Positions 45,901-56,345 of a stretch of 64,000 nucleotides of DNA are shown here, in pieces. The notes under the pieces were generated by a model that was given only the letters and a program-made list of their open reading frames with translations, did no database searches and was not told the origin of the DNA. The translations under genes and the position numbers were made by a program. The stretch is from assembly GCA_963663545.1 (NCBI GenBank), contig OY760505.1, forward strand, positions 1,664,001-1,728,000, given 5' to 3'. Each line of letters starts with the position of its first letter. Positions within the stretch are counted from its first letter, which is position 1. The stretch is from Candidatus Delongbacteria bacterium (lineage in GTDB: Bacteria > CAIWAD01).

Positions 45901-48900
45901 TTACTCGCCGGATTCAGCCGTCAAGGCCGTAATGGATCCCGTGCGTGCTACAATCCGGTAATAGCAGGCCGATGCCTCTGCGAGCACGTCATCAACAAAA
46001 ACCGTGCTTCCGACTGAGGCCAGCAAAAGCGCTGTCTGTGGCGTGAACTGCGAATCACTGGACCGGTAGATATCGTAGACCAGGTTCTCCAGCGGATTCC
46101 CCGCCGTGTCCTCAGTGATGGCGGACCAGCTGAGCAGGACTTCATTCTCATCGATCGCCGTGATACAAAGATCCGTCACCGGCAGCGGGGGAAGGTCCGG
46201 CGCGTTCACCGTGATATAGGCTTCGCGTGTAATTGTATCACTGTCCTCGCCTCGTGTTACAAGCAAGGTAATTGAGTACTGGCCAGCTTCCTCGAAGACG
46301 AATTCCGGGTTCTGCAGACGAGAAACCACGCTGCCTTCGTCACCAATCATCCAGTACCAGTACTCCGGATTGCCGACGCTCTCATCGCTAAACTGCACAG
46401 TCAGCGGGGCTGTACCTGTCAGCGGAGTTCCGCTGAAGTCGGCCACCAGCGGCTCACTTCCCGACATGGTGTTCAGCCGCTCCCGTCCTTCGCTGCGCAA
46501 CTCGGCAACTTGCTGTTCGATGGCATTCAATGACAGACTACGATCTTTGGCGTGATACACCCAGTCGATGTCGTAGCTGTGATCGCGATAGGTCGTGCTG
46601 CTCCCTAGGCCGCTTCCTGCTGTGTCGGTGGCAAACCAGTGATTGAAGCCGATGGTCATTGGTGTTTCAGGATAGACATTGTCACCTAGGGTACTGTTGG
46701 TGTGACTCGCCACCAGCTCGCCATCCACGTAGTAATTCACGGTAGTTCCGCCCATCACTTGTATCACGTATGTGTGCCAGGCGGCAAAGCTCTCCTCCAC
46801 GACACTGTAGGCGCGATTGGACGTTTCCTCCTCCGGGTTGTAGGTTTCCCAGGTCGTCATGTAGAGGCTGCGATTGTGATCCAAGGGACCGCCCCACTGG
46901 TCGTAGGGCAGATACTCGAAATCGCACTCCGAGTAGGCCGGATCGTCGGGAAAATCCAGTCCGGTAATGGTGTAGAAGGTCTGCACATTGCCGTCTTCCC
47001 AGCTCACCGGACTGTCGCTGAAGCGAATGCGAGCGGCGTAGGTACCTTCCAGGAAGAGCGCGTCCCGTGTGCCAAGGTGTGCTTGTACCATGGATTCGAA
47101 GGTGCCGCTGTTGGATGCATGCAGAGTTACCACATCCTGCTCGTCCTGCTCACGGAACTCCACTTGATCCGCGTCGAAGTACGCGCCCCAGGGCGGACTG
47201 GCCGTTCCTTCCGTGATACGCCAGCCAAATGAGCTCAGCAGCGGATCGGTATTAGAGCTATAGCTGAAGTCGTCAAAGAAACAGGCCTCCACCGGCTGCA
47301 TCTCGCCCACCTCAACATGCCACTGCACGAAACTGCTGCGATCATCCTCGTTGTAGGCGTAACACGAAATGACAAAATCGCCTTCTTCGCCAAACTCGTG
47401 GACAAATGAATCCTCGTCGTAGTAGCCGCTGAGACTGTGGTGCTCCAGGAAAGTGCTGCCAATGTACCACTCGCTGAAAGTCAGCCCGTAGCTATCGTCC
47501 ATGCCCGCGCTGAAAGTGACACTTGCTCCCACCTCCGTTTGCAGCGAAGTGGCCGGATAGTAGGCGTAGACCTGCACCGGACGGCGAATCTCGATCTCCG
47601 TGTAGTGCATGTTGTTGCTCTCGTTGCTCTCACTGACCAAACCGGTCACGTCAGCAAAGGAGTTCAGGTAGTAGTCGCCGGGCTCCTGGTCCGTTGGCAC
47701 TGTAGGCGAGCAAAAGAGATTGATGCTGCTCCCGCCGCTGATGGAGGGCGTGTAGAAGGTCTCCAACTCCCCATCGATCGAGTAGGGCGTCTGATTGAGG
47801 AAAAATCCTGTGCGACTGGCTGCCGCACTGCCTCCACCCAGATTTTGCATCTGCACCATCACATCGATGGCTTCACCGGGATAGGCGAAGTCGGGGCCAA
47901 GAGGCTCGCCGCAGTACAGGTCCGGCAGAGCGGCTCCCACGTTGACCGTCCACTGCACAAATTCCGCCCTCTCGGCCACATTGTAAGCGTAGAAGGAGAC
48001 AGCATACGTGCCGCTTGAGCTGAAGGTGTAGCTCCAGGAATCCTCATCGTAGTAACCGCTGGCATCGTGATTTACTTGAAAACTGCTGCCCACATACCAC
48101 TCAAAGAAGTCCAGGCCAAGCGCATCGGAAGCCGCACCATTGAAGGTCACGCTTTCTCCCGCGCTGACTGTAACCGGCGAAGCGGGCGAGAAGGCATAAA
48201 CCTCCATTGGATCCGCCACCGTTACCGCACGGCTGGTCTTGTTATTGGATTCCGAGCTCTCATCCACGGCATCTTGGTAGTCGGCGAAGAAGGTGAAGTA
48301 GTGCGCACCCAGAGTCGTGGACGCAGGAATGGTGACGCTTTCGCTTTCGCTTGATGCCTCGCCCACATCCAGCGAGCCGACGCTGTCGTAATCCAGATAG
48401 GTTGTCGTGCCACCGGAAGAATTCGCCAGGTAATAGCCCACGCGGCAGCTCCCGGAGCTAGCGTAACCATAGTTGCTGACAGCGCATGATACGCTCACCG
48501 TCTGGCCAGGGTAAACGGTCGCGGGCGCATCGCTGGACGTCACGAGCAGATCCGGCTGACCGGTAATCTCGATTTCATGGTAGTGGATGTTGTTGTTTTC
48601 GTTGCTCTCGTCCACAGCATCCTGGTAGTCGGCGTAGAAATTGATGTACCACGTGCCCGGTGTGAGATCGCTTGGCAGCGTGATACTTTCGCTCTCGCTT
48701 GAGTACTCGTCCGGGTCCAATGAACTGACCGCATCGTAATCCAAATACTGCTGATGGCCGTAGGGAGTCGTAGAGATGTAGTAGCCCACACGGCAACTTC
48801 CCGCAGAACCGGTTCCCTGATTGCGCACTCGACAGGAAACACTGATGCTCTCGCCGGGCATCGCCGAATCCGGTCCATCGGGAATTTCGGGCACGAGATC

Positions 48901-49290
48901 CGGCAACCCGGCCTCAACGCTAATGGACCACCAGGTGAAATCGCTGCTGCCGCTCTCGTTGTAAACATAGGCATAGACATAGAAGTCGCCAGCAGAGCTG
49001 AAGGTGCGCGTCCAGCTATCTTCGTGGTAGTATCCGCTCAAGCTGTGGTGATCCATGTAAGTGGAGCCGAGGTACCACTCGGAAAACTCCACTCCGTAGG
49101 GATCACTGGCTCCAATACTGAATGTGATAGATTCGCCCGCATCAATCGTGACGCTGGAGGCTGGATAGAATCGCGAGACCTCAACCGCCAGCACAGATGT
49201 TGCCATGAACAATCCCGCTGCAGCCCAAAGCAAAGAGGCGCGGAACAGGAATTGCGATCGTGCAGAAATTCGACAGAACAGGTTCTTCAT
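45901..49290 (-). CDS. Secreted protein with repeated PKD-like/CARDB domains, GH16-like catalytic domain, PKD and C-terminal FN3-like domain
   Basis: Three PDL...ESNE.NN repeats; FFDDFSY and SECDFEY (ExDxE); ADFSGTP..APLTVQFSD. Confidence 0.85.
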   Translation of the reverse strand: MKNLFCRISARSQFLFRASLLWAAAGLFMATSVLAVEVSRFYPASSVTIDAGESITFSIGASDPYGVEFSEWYLGSTYMDHHSLSGYYHEDSWTRTFSSAGDFYVYAYVYNESGSSDFTWWSISVEAGLPDLVPEIPDGPDSAMPGESISVSCRVRNQGTGSAGSCRVGYYISTTPYGHQQYLDYDAVSSLDPDEYSSESESITLPSDLTPGTWYINFYADYQDAVDESNENNNIHYHEIEITGQPDLLVTSSDAPATVYPGQTVSVSCAVSNYGYASSGSCRVGYYLANSSGGTTTYLDYDSVGSLDVGEASSESESVTIPASTTLGAHYFTFFADYQDAVDESSESNNKTSRAVTVADPMEVYAFSPASPVTVSAGESVTFNGAASDALGLDFFEWYVGSSFQVNHDASGYYDEDSWSYTFSSSGTYAVSFYAYNVAERAEFVQWTVNVGAALPDLYCGEPLGPDFAYPGEAIDVMVQMQNLGGGSAAASRTGFFLNQTPYSIDGELETFYTPSISGGSSINLFCSPTVPTDQEPGDYYLNSFADVTGLVSESNESNNMHYTEIEIRRPVQVYAYYPATSLQTEVGASVTFSAGMDDSYGLTFSEWYIGSTFLEHHSLSGYYDEDSFVHEFGEEGDFVISCYAYNEDDRSSFVQWHVEVGEMQPVEACFFDDFSYSSNTDPLLSSFGWRITEGTASPPWGAYFDADQVEFREQDEQDVVTLHASNSGTFESMVQAHLGTRDALFLEGTYAARIRFSDSPVSWEDGNVQTFYTITGLDFPDDPAYSECDFEYLPYDQWGGPLDHNRSLYMTTWETYNPEEETSNRAYSVVEESFAAWHTYVIQVMGGTTVNYYVDGELVASHTNSTLGDNVYPETPMTIGFNHWFATDTAGSGLGSSTTYRDHSYDIDWVYHAKDRSLSLNAIEQQVAELRSEGRERLNTMSGSEPLVADFSGTPLTGTAPLTVQFSDESVGNPEYWYWMIGDEGSVVSRLQNPEFVFEEAGQYSITLLVTRGEDSDTITREAYITVNAPDLPPLPVTDLCITAIDENEVLLSWSAITEDTAGNPLENLVYDIYRSSDSQFTPQTALLLASVGSTVFVDDVLAEASACYYRIVARTGSITALTAESGE

Positions 49291-49806
49291 CGCGAGTGAC
49301 TCCCAGCTTGTCTTCCAAAGCAGATCAAAGGTGTTCGGCATCATTGAAATGAAGTTGCCAAGGCTATGCGAGGGAATAATGAAGGGGAAGGAGATTCACG
49401 GAAATATTCTGTATGTCGTAGTCTGCCAGAAGTAGCTTATGATGAGGAGAACGCATCGCGCCCTTGATTCATGTTAGCTATTGCTGGAAAAAGATTGCCC
49501 CACAACCTAGTGGGGCACCCTAAGACGGTAGCAATATCTTCAGGCCTGCGCAGCAAGCCCGTCAATCGAGACAGATATGGCAACTCTCATGCCTGTTTTT
49601 GCTGCTTTGAAGTCAAATAAGAGTGCGGAAAAAACTGTCGGCAATGTCCAATATCCGTCCCCCCGAAAGCTGGTTCATTGTTCAACCTGTTATCTCTGCC
49701 AACACGCTCCAATACTAGGATTTCTATCAAACACGGGCCAAATGTTTTTCTTCAGACAGGTGACGGAGAGCACACATTAGTAGTTGCGATATGCCATATT
49801 TGGCAC

Positions 49807-50028
49807 ATGATAAATGCAGACGAAGCCAAAATCCTGGTTGTGCTGAAGTACATCAGCGACAGCGAAGTGAACGCCGAGATCGAAGCCATTGGCCGCGACG
49901 GCCAGCGTTACACCACGCCCTACAATCTGCGTGGCATTACGTTGGAGCAGTGGATCAAATTGTACGACATGCTGAAGCATGCTTACATCGACGCCAATGG
50001 CTTGCAGGTCGTACATCACTTCAGCTGA
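49807..50028 (+). CDS. Hypothetical protein
   Basis: Short ORF with coding-like codon usage; start uncertain. Confidence 0.45.
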   Translation: MINADEAKILVVLKYISDSEVNAEIEAIGRDGQRYTTPYNLRGITLEQWIKLYDMLKHAYIDANGLQVVHHFS

Positions 50029-50206
50029 GTGGTTGTATCAGCACCGCTTCGCCCTGTCTGCGGCCTGCAAACAGGGTGAATTTCCATTCACAGATCAATA
50101 AATAAGGCTATTCAGAAGTTTGTTTGTAAAAAGGCCAAAAAGCGGCTAAACCACGGGCGGCTACTACCGATAAAGCGCTATACAGCAATCGTCTTCGGAG
50201 GACCCC

Positions 50207-50578
50207 GTGCCCATTCAATTCCGCTACAACGCCGACAGCAACGTTCTGCACGTACAAAGTGTTGGCCCCGTTTCACTGAAAGATCTTAGCTGGTATCGCG
50301 ACGAAGTGAGCAAGCTTCCGCTCAAGCCGGGTCTACGCTGCCTGTCAGACCTCACTGCCAGCAAGCTGATGTTCAGCAAGGAAGACCTGGTTCAGTCAAA
50401 CGAGCACTGCTGCTCCCCATTGGCAACTCTCGGCGGAAGTCGGATGGTTATGTGCGTTAGCGATGAAAACGATCGTCAAATCATCGAAGCTTACGTCAGC
50501 AGCAATTCAAATGAAGATTTCGATGCACGCGTCTGTTGCAGCATTAACGAAGCACGCGATATCCTGGGAATCGACTGA
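50207..50578 (+). CDS. STAS/SpoIIAA-like small protein
   Basis: GGAGG RBS; L.D...EAR.L pattern; paralog of the next gene. Confidence 0.6.
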   Translation: MPIQFRYNADSNVLHVQSVGPVSLKDLSWYRDEVSKLPLKPGLRCLSDLTASKLMFSKEDLVQSNEHCCSPLATLGGSRMVMCVSDENDRQIIEAYVSSNSNEDFDARVCCSINEARDILGID

Positions 50579-50599
50579 ACACAGCAGTTGGAGACCATC

Positions 50600-50968
50600 A
50601 TGCCTATTGTTTTCCGCTACAACGAAAGCGAGAACACCCTCTTTGTCGTTGCAGATGGTAATCTCAGCCTGCCGGATTTCACGCACTATTTTGAGCAGAT
50701 TGGCAAGCTGAACTTACAACCCGGTGTCCGTTGCCTAAGTGATCTTGGGAACTCGCGCATCGATTTCAACATGCAGGACATGGTAGAAAGCGACACTCCG
50801 CCCGTCTCGCCCCTTTGCACGATCCCCGACGCCAAGGTCGCGCTGTGCATTGGCGCAGATTGCGACGGCGGCCTGATTCGCATCTATGCAGCCTTCAACA
50901 AGTGCAACAAACTGCAAGCCCAAGTCTTCAGCAGCGTTGCCGAAGGACGTCGCTGGCTCGAATTGTAG
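50600..50968 (+). CDS. STAS/SpoIIAA-like small protein
   Basis: MPIVFRYN..PGVRCLSDL..VFSSVAEGRRWL. Confidence 0.6.
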   Translation: MPIVFRYNESENTLFVVADGNLSLPDFTHYFEQIGKLNLQPGVRCLSDLGNSRIDFNMQDMVESDTPPVSPLCTIPDAKVALCIGADCDGGLIRIYAAFNKCNKLQAQVFSSVAEGRRWLEL

Positions 50969-51143
50969 ACACACTTTTCCTGCAGCACTTATTACGTTCA
51001 TAGCATGAAGAAACAACCAAGCCGTGGTGAAAGCATGACACGACCCAACACCTGAGTCCCCCGGGCACGCGGCGCGTGCTCGATCAGCAAACCCGCCTGA
51101 TTCGGGCCGCCATTGCCGGTCCAATCCGGCATATGGAGGCACC

Positions 51144-52421
51144 ATGTCCGATTACCATTCCATGTGGGCCGATCTCGGCCTTGACCTCGAAGCACACGAC
51201 GCTCTACTGGCCGTTCTGAGCAAAGCCTATCAGGACATCTTCCTGACGCAGAAGCAGCGTCCCAAAGGGATGGAGTACCTGGATTTTGTCATGAGCGAAG
51301 TCCACGGCCTGCGGATCAAGGAACTGGTCGACGCCAGAGCAGCCGGTCGAAAAGTGATTGGCTCCTACTGCGTCTTCGTTCCCGAAGAGTTGATTCTGGC
51401 TGTCGATGGCATTGCGGTGGGGTTGTGCGCTGGCGCGGAATTCGGCTTTGCGGAGGCCGAGAAGCTGCTGCCCCGAACTACTTGCGCGCTCATCAAATCG
51501 GCGCTGGGCTTCAAGCTCGGGCGCGTTTGCCCTTATGTCGAATCCGCCGACATGATTGTGGGTGAAAACACCTGCGACGGCAAGAAGAAAGCCTACGAGA
51601 TCCTGGGACCGCTGGTGAATAGACTGCACGTCATGGATCTGCCACAACGCAAAACGCCGCAGGGGCGCGAGCTGCTGAAGGAAGAGTATCGCCGCTTCCT
51701 CATCGCCCTGGAAGAACTAAGTGGCAAGTCCATCACCGTGGAAGCCCTCAAAGCGGGCATTGCCACCGTCAACGCCAAACGTCAGGCCCTGCATCGACTG
51801 GCAACGCTGCGCAGTGCAGATCCCGCACCAATCTCCGGCCTCGACGCACTGCTGGTCAACCAAGTCAGCTTCTACGACGATCCTGTGCGCTTTACAGCCT
51901 CAATCAACGCCCTCTGCGATGAGTTGGAAATCCGTGTATCACGCGGCGAAGGCGTATTCGCCAAGGGAATGCCACGTGTGCTATTGAGCGGCTGTCCGAT
52001 GGCCGTTCCCAATTGGAAGGTGCCAATGCTCATCGAACAGGCTGGTGCGGTTATCGTTGGTGAAGAGAGCTGTGTCGGCGAGCGTGGACTTCGTAACACG
52101 GTGGATGATTCCGGTGATACACTCGATGCACTGCTTGATGCTCTCGTCGACCGCTACCTGGATATCGACTGCGCCGTATTCACTCCCAATCCGGAGCGCC
52201 GCGATCACATTCTCAATATGTCCAGCGCGTATCACGCCGATGGCGTAATACACTACTGCCTGCAATTCTGTCAGCCCTATCAGATTGAGTCAACTTTAGT
52301 GGAACAGGATCTGAAGAATGCCGGCATCCCGCGGCTGCAACTTGATACTGATTACAGCAACGAGGATGCTGGTCAGCTGCAGACACGCATCGAGGCCTTT
52401 GTTGAGAGGATTCGCAAATGA
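51144..52421 (+). CDS. Double-cubane-cluster protein (2-hydroxyacyl-CoA dehydratase family)
   Basis: LGLDLEAHDALL, YCVFVPEE, GLCAG, CALIKS, ENTCDGKKK, EESCVG, QFCQPY, TRIEAF. Confidence 0.85.
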   Translation: MSDYHSMWADLGLDLEAHDALLAVLSKAYQDIFLTQKQRPKGMEYLDFVMSEVHGLRIKELVDARAAGRKVIGSYCVFVPEELILAVDGIAVGLCAGAEFGFAEAEKLLPRTTCALIKSALGFKLGRVCPYVESADMIVGENTCDGKKKAYEILGPLVNRLHVMDLPQRKTPQGRELLKEEYRRFLIALEELSGKSITVEALKAGIATVNAKRQALHRLATLRSADPAPISGLDALLVNQVSFYDDPVRFTASINALCDELEIRVSRGEGVFAKGMPRVLLSGCPMAVPNWKVPMLIEQAGAVIVGEESCVGERGLRNTVDDSGDTLDALLDALVDRYLDIDCAVFTPNPERRDHILNMSSAYHADGVIHYCLQFCQPYQIESTLVEQDLKNAGIPRLQLDTDYSNEDAGQLQTRIEAFVERIRK

Positions 52422-53233
52422 GTGGAAGTTGCTGGGCCGGTCTGGACATCGGGTCCCGTACGGTCAAGCTCGTCCTCGTCAATGATCGTGGAGAGCCGGA
52501 GCATCATGCCCTGGCTCTCAACTCCTATGATCCACTGACGGTATGCAAAGAGTTGCTCGCAGGATTCTCTCCACGAAGTATCACGGTCACTGGATATGGC
52601 CGCCACTTGTTTGCTCGTAATACCGAAGCTCAGGTGATTACCGAGATCAAGGCTCATGCCATTGGCGTGATACACCAGCTACCGGACTGCCGCACTATCC
52701 TTGATATTGGCGGGCAGGACACAAAGGCCATTCGGCTCGACGAGTCAGGAGCAGTCGATGAATTCGCCCTTAATGACCGATGCGCGGCAGGTACCGGACG
52801 CTTTCTGGAAGTAATGGCTATGGCGCTGGGCTACGGCCTTGAGGAGTTCGGTCGGGCAGCCGCTCAATCGCATACATCAATCAAAGTATCGGCCATGTGC
52901 GCCGTTTTTGCAGAATCCGAAGTGGTCTCCCTATTGGGACGAGGCGCTTCAGCTAGCGAGGTGGCGCGCGGACTGCATGAAGCAATCATACAACGCGCAA
53001 GCGCATTGCTCAGTCGCGTGGGTCCAACAGCGGACCTGGCCTTTGTGGGTGGTGTATCACAAAACACCTGCCTAAGGCAGTTGCTGGCCGAGGCAACGAA
53101 CATGAAAGTCTTTGTTCCGCCGCTATCCCAAGTCAATGGAGCACTGGGGGCAGCACTTGAAGGTCGTGCCCGCTTTCTGCAAGAAAGCGACGCTTTCTGC
53201 AAGAAAGCGCCGCAACTTGAGTTTTCCGGTTAA
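52418..53233 (+). CDS. ATP-dependent activase (HgdC/BadF family)
   Basis: GLDIGSRT, TGYGR, DIGGQDTK, NDRCAAGTGRFLE, CAVFAESE. Confidence 0.93.
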   Translation: MSGSCWAGLDIGSRTVKLVLVNDRGEPEHHALALNSYDPLTVCKELLAGFSPRSITVTGYGRHLFARNTEAQVITEIKAHAIGVIHQLPDCRTILDIGGQDTKAIRLDESGAVDEFALNDRCAAGTGRFLEVMAMALGYGLEEFGRAAAQSHTSIKVSAMCAVFAESEVVSLLGRGASASEVARGLHEAIIQRASALLSRVGPTADLAFVGGVSQNTCLRQLLAEATNMKVFVPPLSQVNGALGAALEGRARFLQESDAFCKKAPQLEFSG

Positions 53234-53284
53234 TCTTCCTCCTTGAGGCTTGCACCATCTACCGGCGCTTGCCACAATGCGGAC

Positions 53285-54934
53285 ATGAGTTCACCATGGT
53301 CCTACATCCGCCAGTCAAGTTCGCACGGACAATTGCCAGCATTGGTACTGCTCCTGTCTCTTGTCCTTGCCGGAGCAGGTGTGCTGGACACCATTCGCGT
53401 CTATCGTATCACAGATAGACTGGCAGCTCGAGAAGCTCTGGGGCTGGTGCACCAGGTGGAAAGCTCGGTGCTGACGGCAACACTGGCTGAACAGGCGGTT
53501 CGAACAGCACTGACAGATCATCTGTTTGCCGTTGCGCATCTCGTCAGCGAGGAGATTCCTACTCGCTCAAAGCAGCAGGACACGGACCAGCTCGCCTCTC
53601 TCTCTGGTGTATCACGCATCGAATTCGAGAGCATCACGGACAGAAGTCGAATTACCACTCAAGCCTATGAGCTGGGCGAGCGCGAACTGGGCTTGTACGA
53701 ACGGGATGGCGTGAAGTACTTCGGTGTTGAACTGGTCGACCACGATAGAATCATCCGAGTATCCATCTCAGGTGCGGAGTTAATCAATCTGCGTGACGCC
53801 ATTGGCATCCCTGCTCTCCTGCGTGATCTGGGGCAGCATTTCGCTGTACGCTATGCAGTGTTGGACAGCCCACAGGGATTGCTGGCGGCTACACCGGATC
53901 CGCCCCCATGGCTGGATGGAAAGGAAGACCCCGCGCACGCATCTGCCATTGACGCTGACGATTTCTCTGCTTCATTCATCCAAACACCCGATGGCCCCGT
54001 TTACGAAGCCTGCGCGCCTTTTGGCGATAGCGGTTCCGCCGTGCTACGGCTGGGTCTGGATACCGCCGATCTGCTGGAAATACGTCACGGTAGCACAGTT
54101 TGGCTACTCATACGTACCCTGCTCCTGATCACCCTTGGCGGTGTCAGCGCATGGCTGCTTGTATCACGCCGCAACATCCGGTACCTCCAAGAAGAGCGTG
54201 CCGCCATTGAGCGACAAGTAAAACAACTGCAGGCTGATCGCGCATTAAGCGAGCGTCTGGCCGCCATGGGAGCGCTAGCTGGCGGTGTAGCACACGAGAT
54301 CCGCAACCCTTTGAACACTGTGGCCATGGCTTGTCAGCGGCTCGTGCACGAATTCACTCCGAATGAGGACCTTGATGAGTATCGCGGACTGATTTCGGCA
54401 ACGCGCAGCGAAGTGGAGCGCATCGGTCGCATTATCCAGGATTTTCTGCAGTTTGCTCGTCCACCACGGCCACAGTTACGGCTGGAGAATCTAAGCCACA
54501 TCCTGCGTGAGATTGAGCAGGCCTTTCGTCCACTAGCAGAAGAGCGAGAGATTGGCCTCGAATGTGACACGGGCAAGGAGTTGCAGCTTGTACTCGATGC
54601 GGATCAGCTTCGTCAAGCCATTCACAATCTCCTGCGTAATGCGCTGGAAGCGACGCCACGCGGCGGCATGATTCGCCTCCTGACCAAAGAAGGCAGTGAT
54701 ACCATTTGCATAACCATTTGTGATACAGGCCACGGCATTCCACAAGCGATCCAGGATCGCATCTTTGATTTGTATTACACAACACGCTCGTCAGGCACGG
54801 GCATTGGCCTGGCTGTGGTTCATCGAGTGGCCGTGGAACACGGCGGACATATCACACTGGTTCGCAGCACTGAATCCGGAAGCGAGTTCCAGCTTACTCT
54901 TCATCGAGGACTACAAGCAACGGACAAGTCATGA
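53285..54934 (+). CDS. Sensor histidine kinase
   Basis: Two TM segments, AHEIRNPL, NLLRNA, DTGHG, GTGIGL. Confidence 0.95.
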   Translation: MSSPWSYIRQSSSHGQLPALVLLLSLVLAGAGVLDTIRVYRITDRLAAREALGLVHQVESSVLTATLAEQAVRTALTDHLFAVAHLVSEEIPTRSKQQDTDQLASLSGVSRIEFESITDRSRITTQAYELGERELGLYERDGVKYFGVELVDHDRIIRVSISGAELINLRDAIGIPALLRDLGQHFAVRYAVLDSPQGLLAATPDPPPWLDGKEDPAHASAIDADDFSASFIQTPDGPVYEACAPFGDSGSAVLRLGLDTADLLEIRHGSTVWLLIRTLLLITLGGVSAWLLVSRRNIRYLQEERAAIERQVKQLQADRALSERLAAMGALAGGVAHEIRNPLNTVAMACQRLVHEFTPNEDLDEYRGLISATRSEVERIGRIIQDFLQFARPPRPQLRLENLSHILREIEQAFRPLAEEREIGLECDTGKELQLVLDADQLRQAIHNLLRNALEATPRGGMIRLLTKEGSDTICITICDTGHGIPQAIQDRIFDLYYTTRSSGTGIGLAVVHRVAVEHGGHITLVRSTESGSEFQLTLHRGLQATDKS

Positions 54935-56301
54935 GCAACTATCGCATCCTGATCGCCGACGACGAAGCACCCCAGCGAACAATGCTGGCTGGTTTTCTGC
55001 GTAAACGTGGCTACGATGTTCTTGAAGCTCCCGATGGCGAAGAGGCTCTGCGTATCACACGATCGGAGGCTGTGGACCTGGTGCTCTCTGACATGCGCAT
55101 GCCTGGATTGGATGGGCTGGAGCTCCTACGCGCCGTGCGCGAGAGCAACCCAAGCCTCGAAGTCATCGTAATGACCGCCTTCGGGTCCGTTGAGTCAGCA
55201 GTGGAAGCCATGCGCACAGGAGCTTTTACTTTTATCAGCAAGCCCGTCGATCTGGACGCGTTACTGCAGCATATGGAGCGCGCCCTGGAACGCCGTCTGC
55301 TGCACCAGGAGGTCGGCGAGCTGCGCGCCCGACTTGGCGATAGTCCGGACTCGAACCTGCTAGGCGTAAGTGAGCCAATGCGTGAAGTCTTTGGACTTAT
55401 TGCGCGGGTTGCCCCCTCACGGGCTTCCGTGCTGATTCAGGGCGAGTCCGGAACCGGAAAGGAACTTGTAGCACGCGCGATTCACCGCGTAAGTCCTCGA
55501 GCAAAACAGGCATTCATTCCCGTAAACGTGGCAGCCATTCCCGAATCGCTGCTGGAAAGTCAACTTTTCGGTCATCGCAAAGGAAGCTTCACGGGTGCCA
55601 TCAGTGACCACCGGGGCTTCTTTCAACGCGCAGACGGCGGCACCCTCTTCATTGACGAGCTGGGTGACATGCCCGCTGGAGCACAGGTCAAGCTCTTACG
55701 CGTGTTACAAGAGGGATGCATCGAATCCATTGGCGCCGAACAGGTAACACCGGTCGATGTTCGCGTCATTGCGGCCACTCATCGCAATCTGGAGAAATGT
55801 GTGCGCGAGGGAAGATTTCGCGAAGACCTCTACTACAGGTTAAATGTGATACGCATTGATATTCCTCCTTTGCGCAACCGACGCTCGGATATTCCGGCAC
55901 TGGTGGATCACTTTGTATCACGATTTTCAACTCAAAACGCTAAGTCCGTGTGTGGAGTAGATAGTCGAGCCCTTGATTTGTTGATGCGCCACGAATGGCC
56001 TGGTAATGTGCGGGAGCTGGAAAATGCCATTGAAAGCGCAATCGTCCTTTGTCGTGGAGATCTGATTGCGCCAGCGGATCTACCGACTCACATCAATCGC
56101 AACAGCTTGCGTGACACACGTCCTGAAGATGATGAGAGTCTGCCGCTGCCGGATCGCGCCGCACTTTTCGAACGCCGGGTGATCGAGCAAACCCTGGCAA
56201 GCTGTGGCGACAACCGCAGTGAGGCCGCACGACGGCTTGGCATGTCTGAAAAGAACATCCGCGATCGCCAACGCAAGTGGGACATGGACAACCAAAGCTG
56301 A
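54931..56301 (+). CDS. Sigma54-dependent response regulator (NtrC/AtoC/ZraR family)
   Basis: Receiver domain, [24 protein letters not shown], Fis-type HTH. Confidence 0.96.
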   Translation: MSNYRILIADDEAPQRTMLAGFLRKRGYDVLEAPDGEEALRITRSEAVDLVLSDMRMPGLDGLELLRAVRESNPSLEVIVMTAFGSVESAVEAMRTGAFTFISKPVDLDALLQHMERALERRLLHQEVGELRARLGDSPDSNLLGVSEPMREVFGLIARVAPSRASVLIQGESGTGKELVARAIHRVSPRAKQAFIPVNVAAIPESLLESQLFGHRKGSFTGAISDHRGFFQRADGGTLFIDELGDMPAGAQVKLLRVLQEGCIESIGAEQVTPVDVRVIAATHRNLEKCVREGRFREDLYYRLNVIRIDIPPLRNRRSDIPALVDHFVSRFSTQNAKSVCGVDSRALDLLMRHEWPGNVRELENAIESAIVLCRGDLIAPADLPTHINRNSLRDTRPEDDESLPLPDRAALFERRVIEQTLASCGDNRSEAARRLGMSEKNIRDRQRKWDMDNQS

Positions 56302-56345
56302 GGAAGCGGCACGCTCTTTGCCCAGCAACGAGCACGGGAGATATC

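Noticed and set aside
49345..49800. Possible ncRNA or island boundary in the long intergenic region (hairpin near 49497-49516)
   Set aside because: Only one short hairpin, with no recognisable RNA family and no second att core
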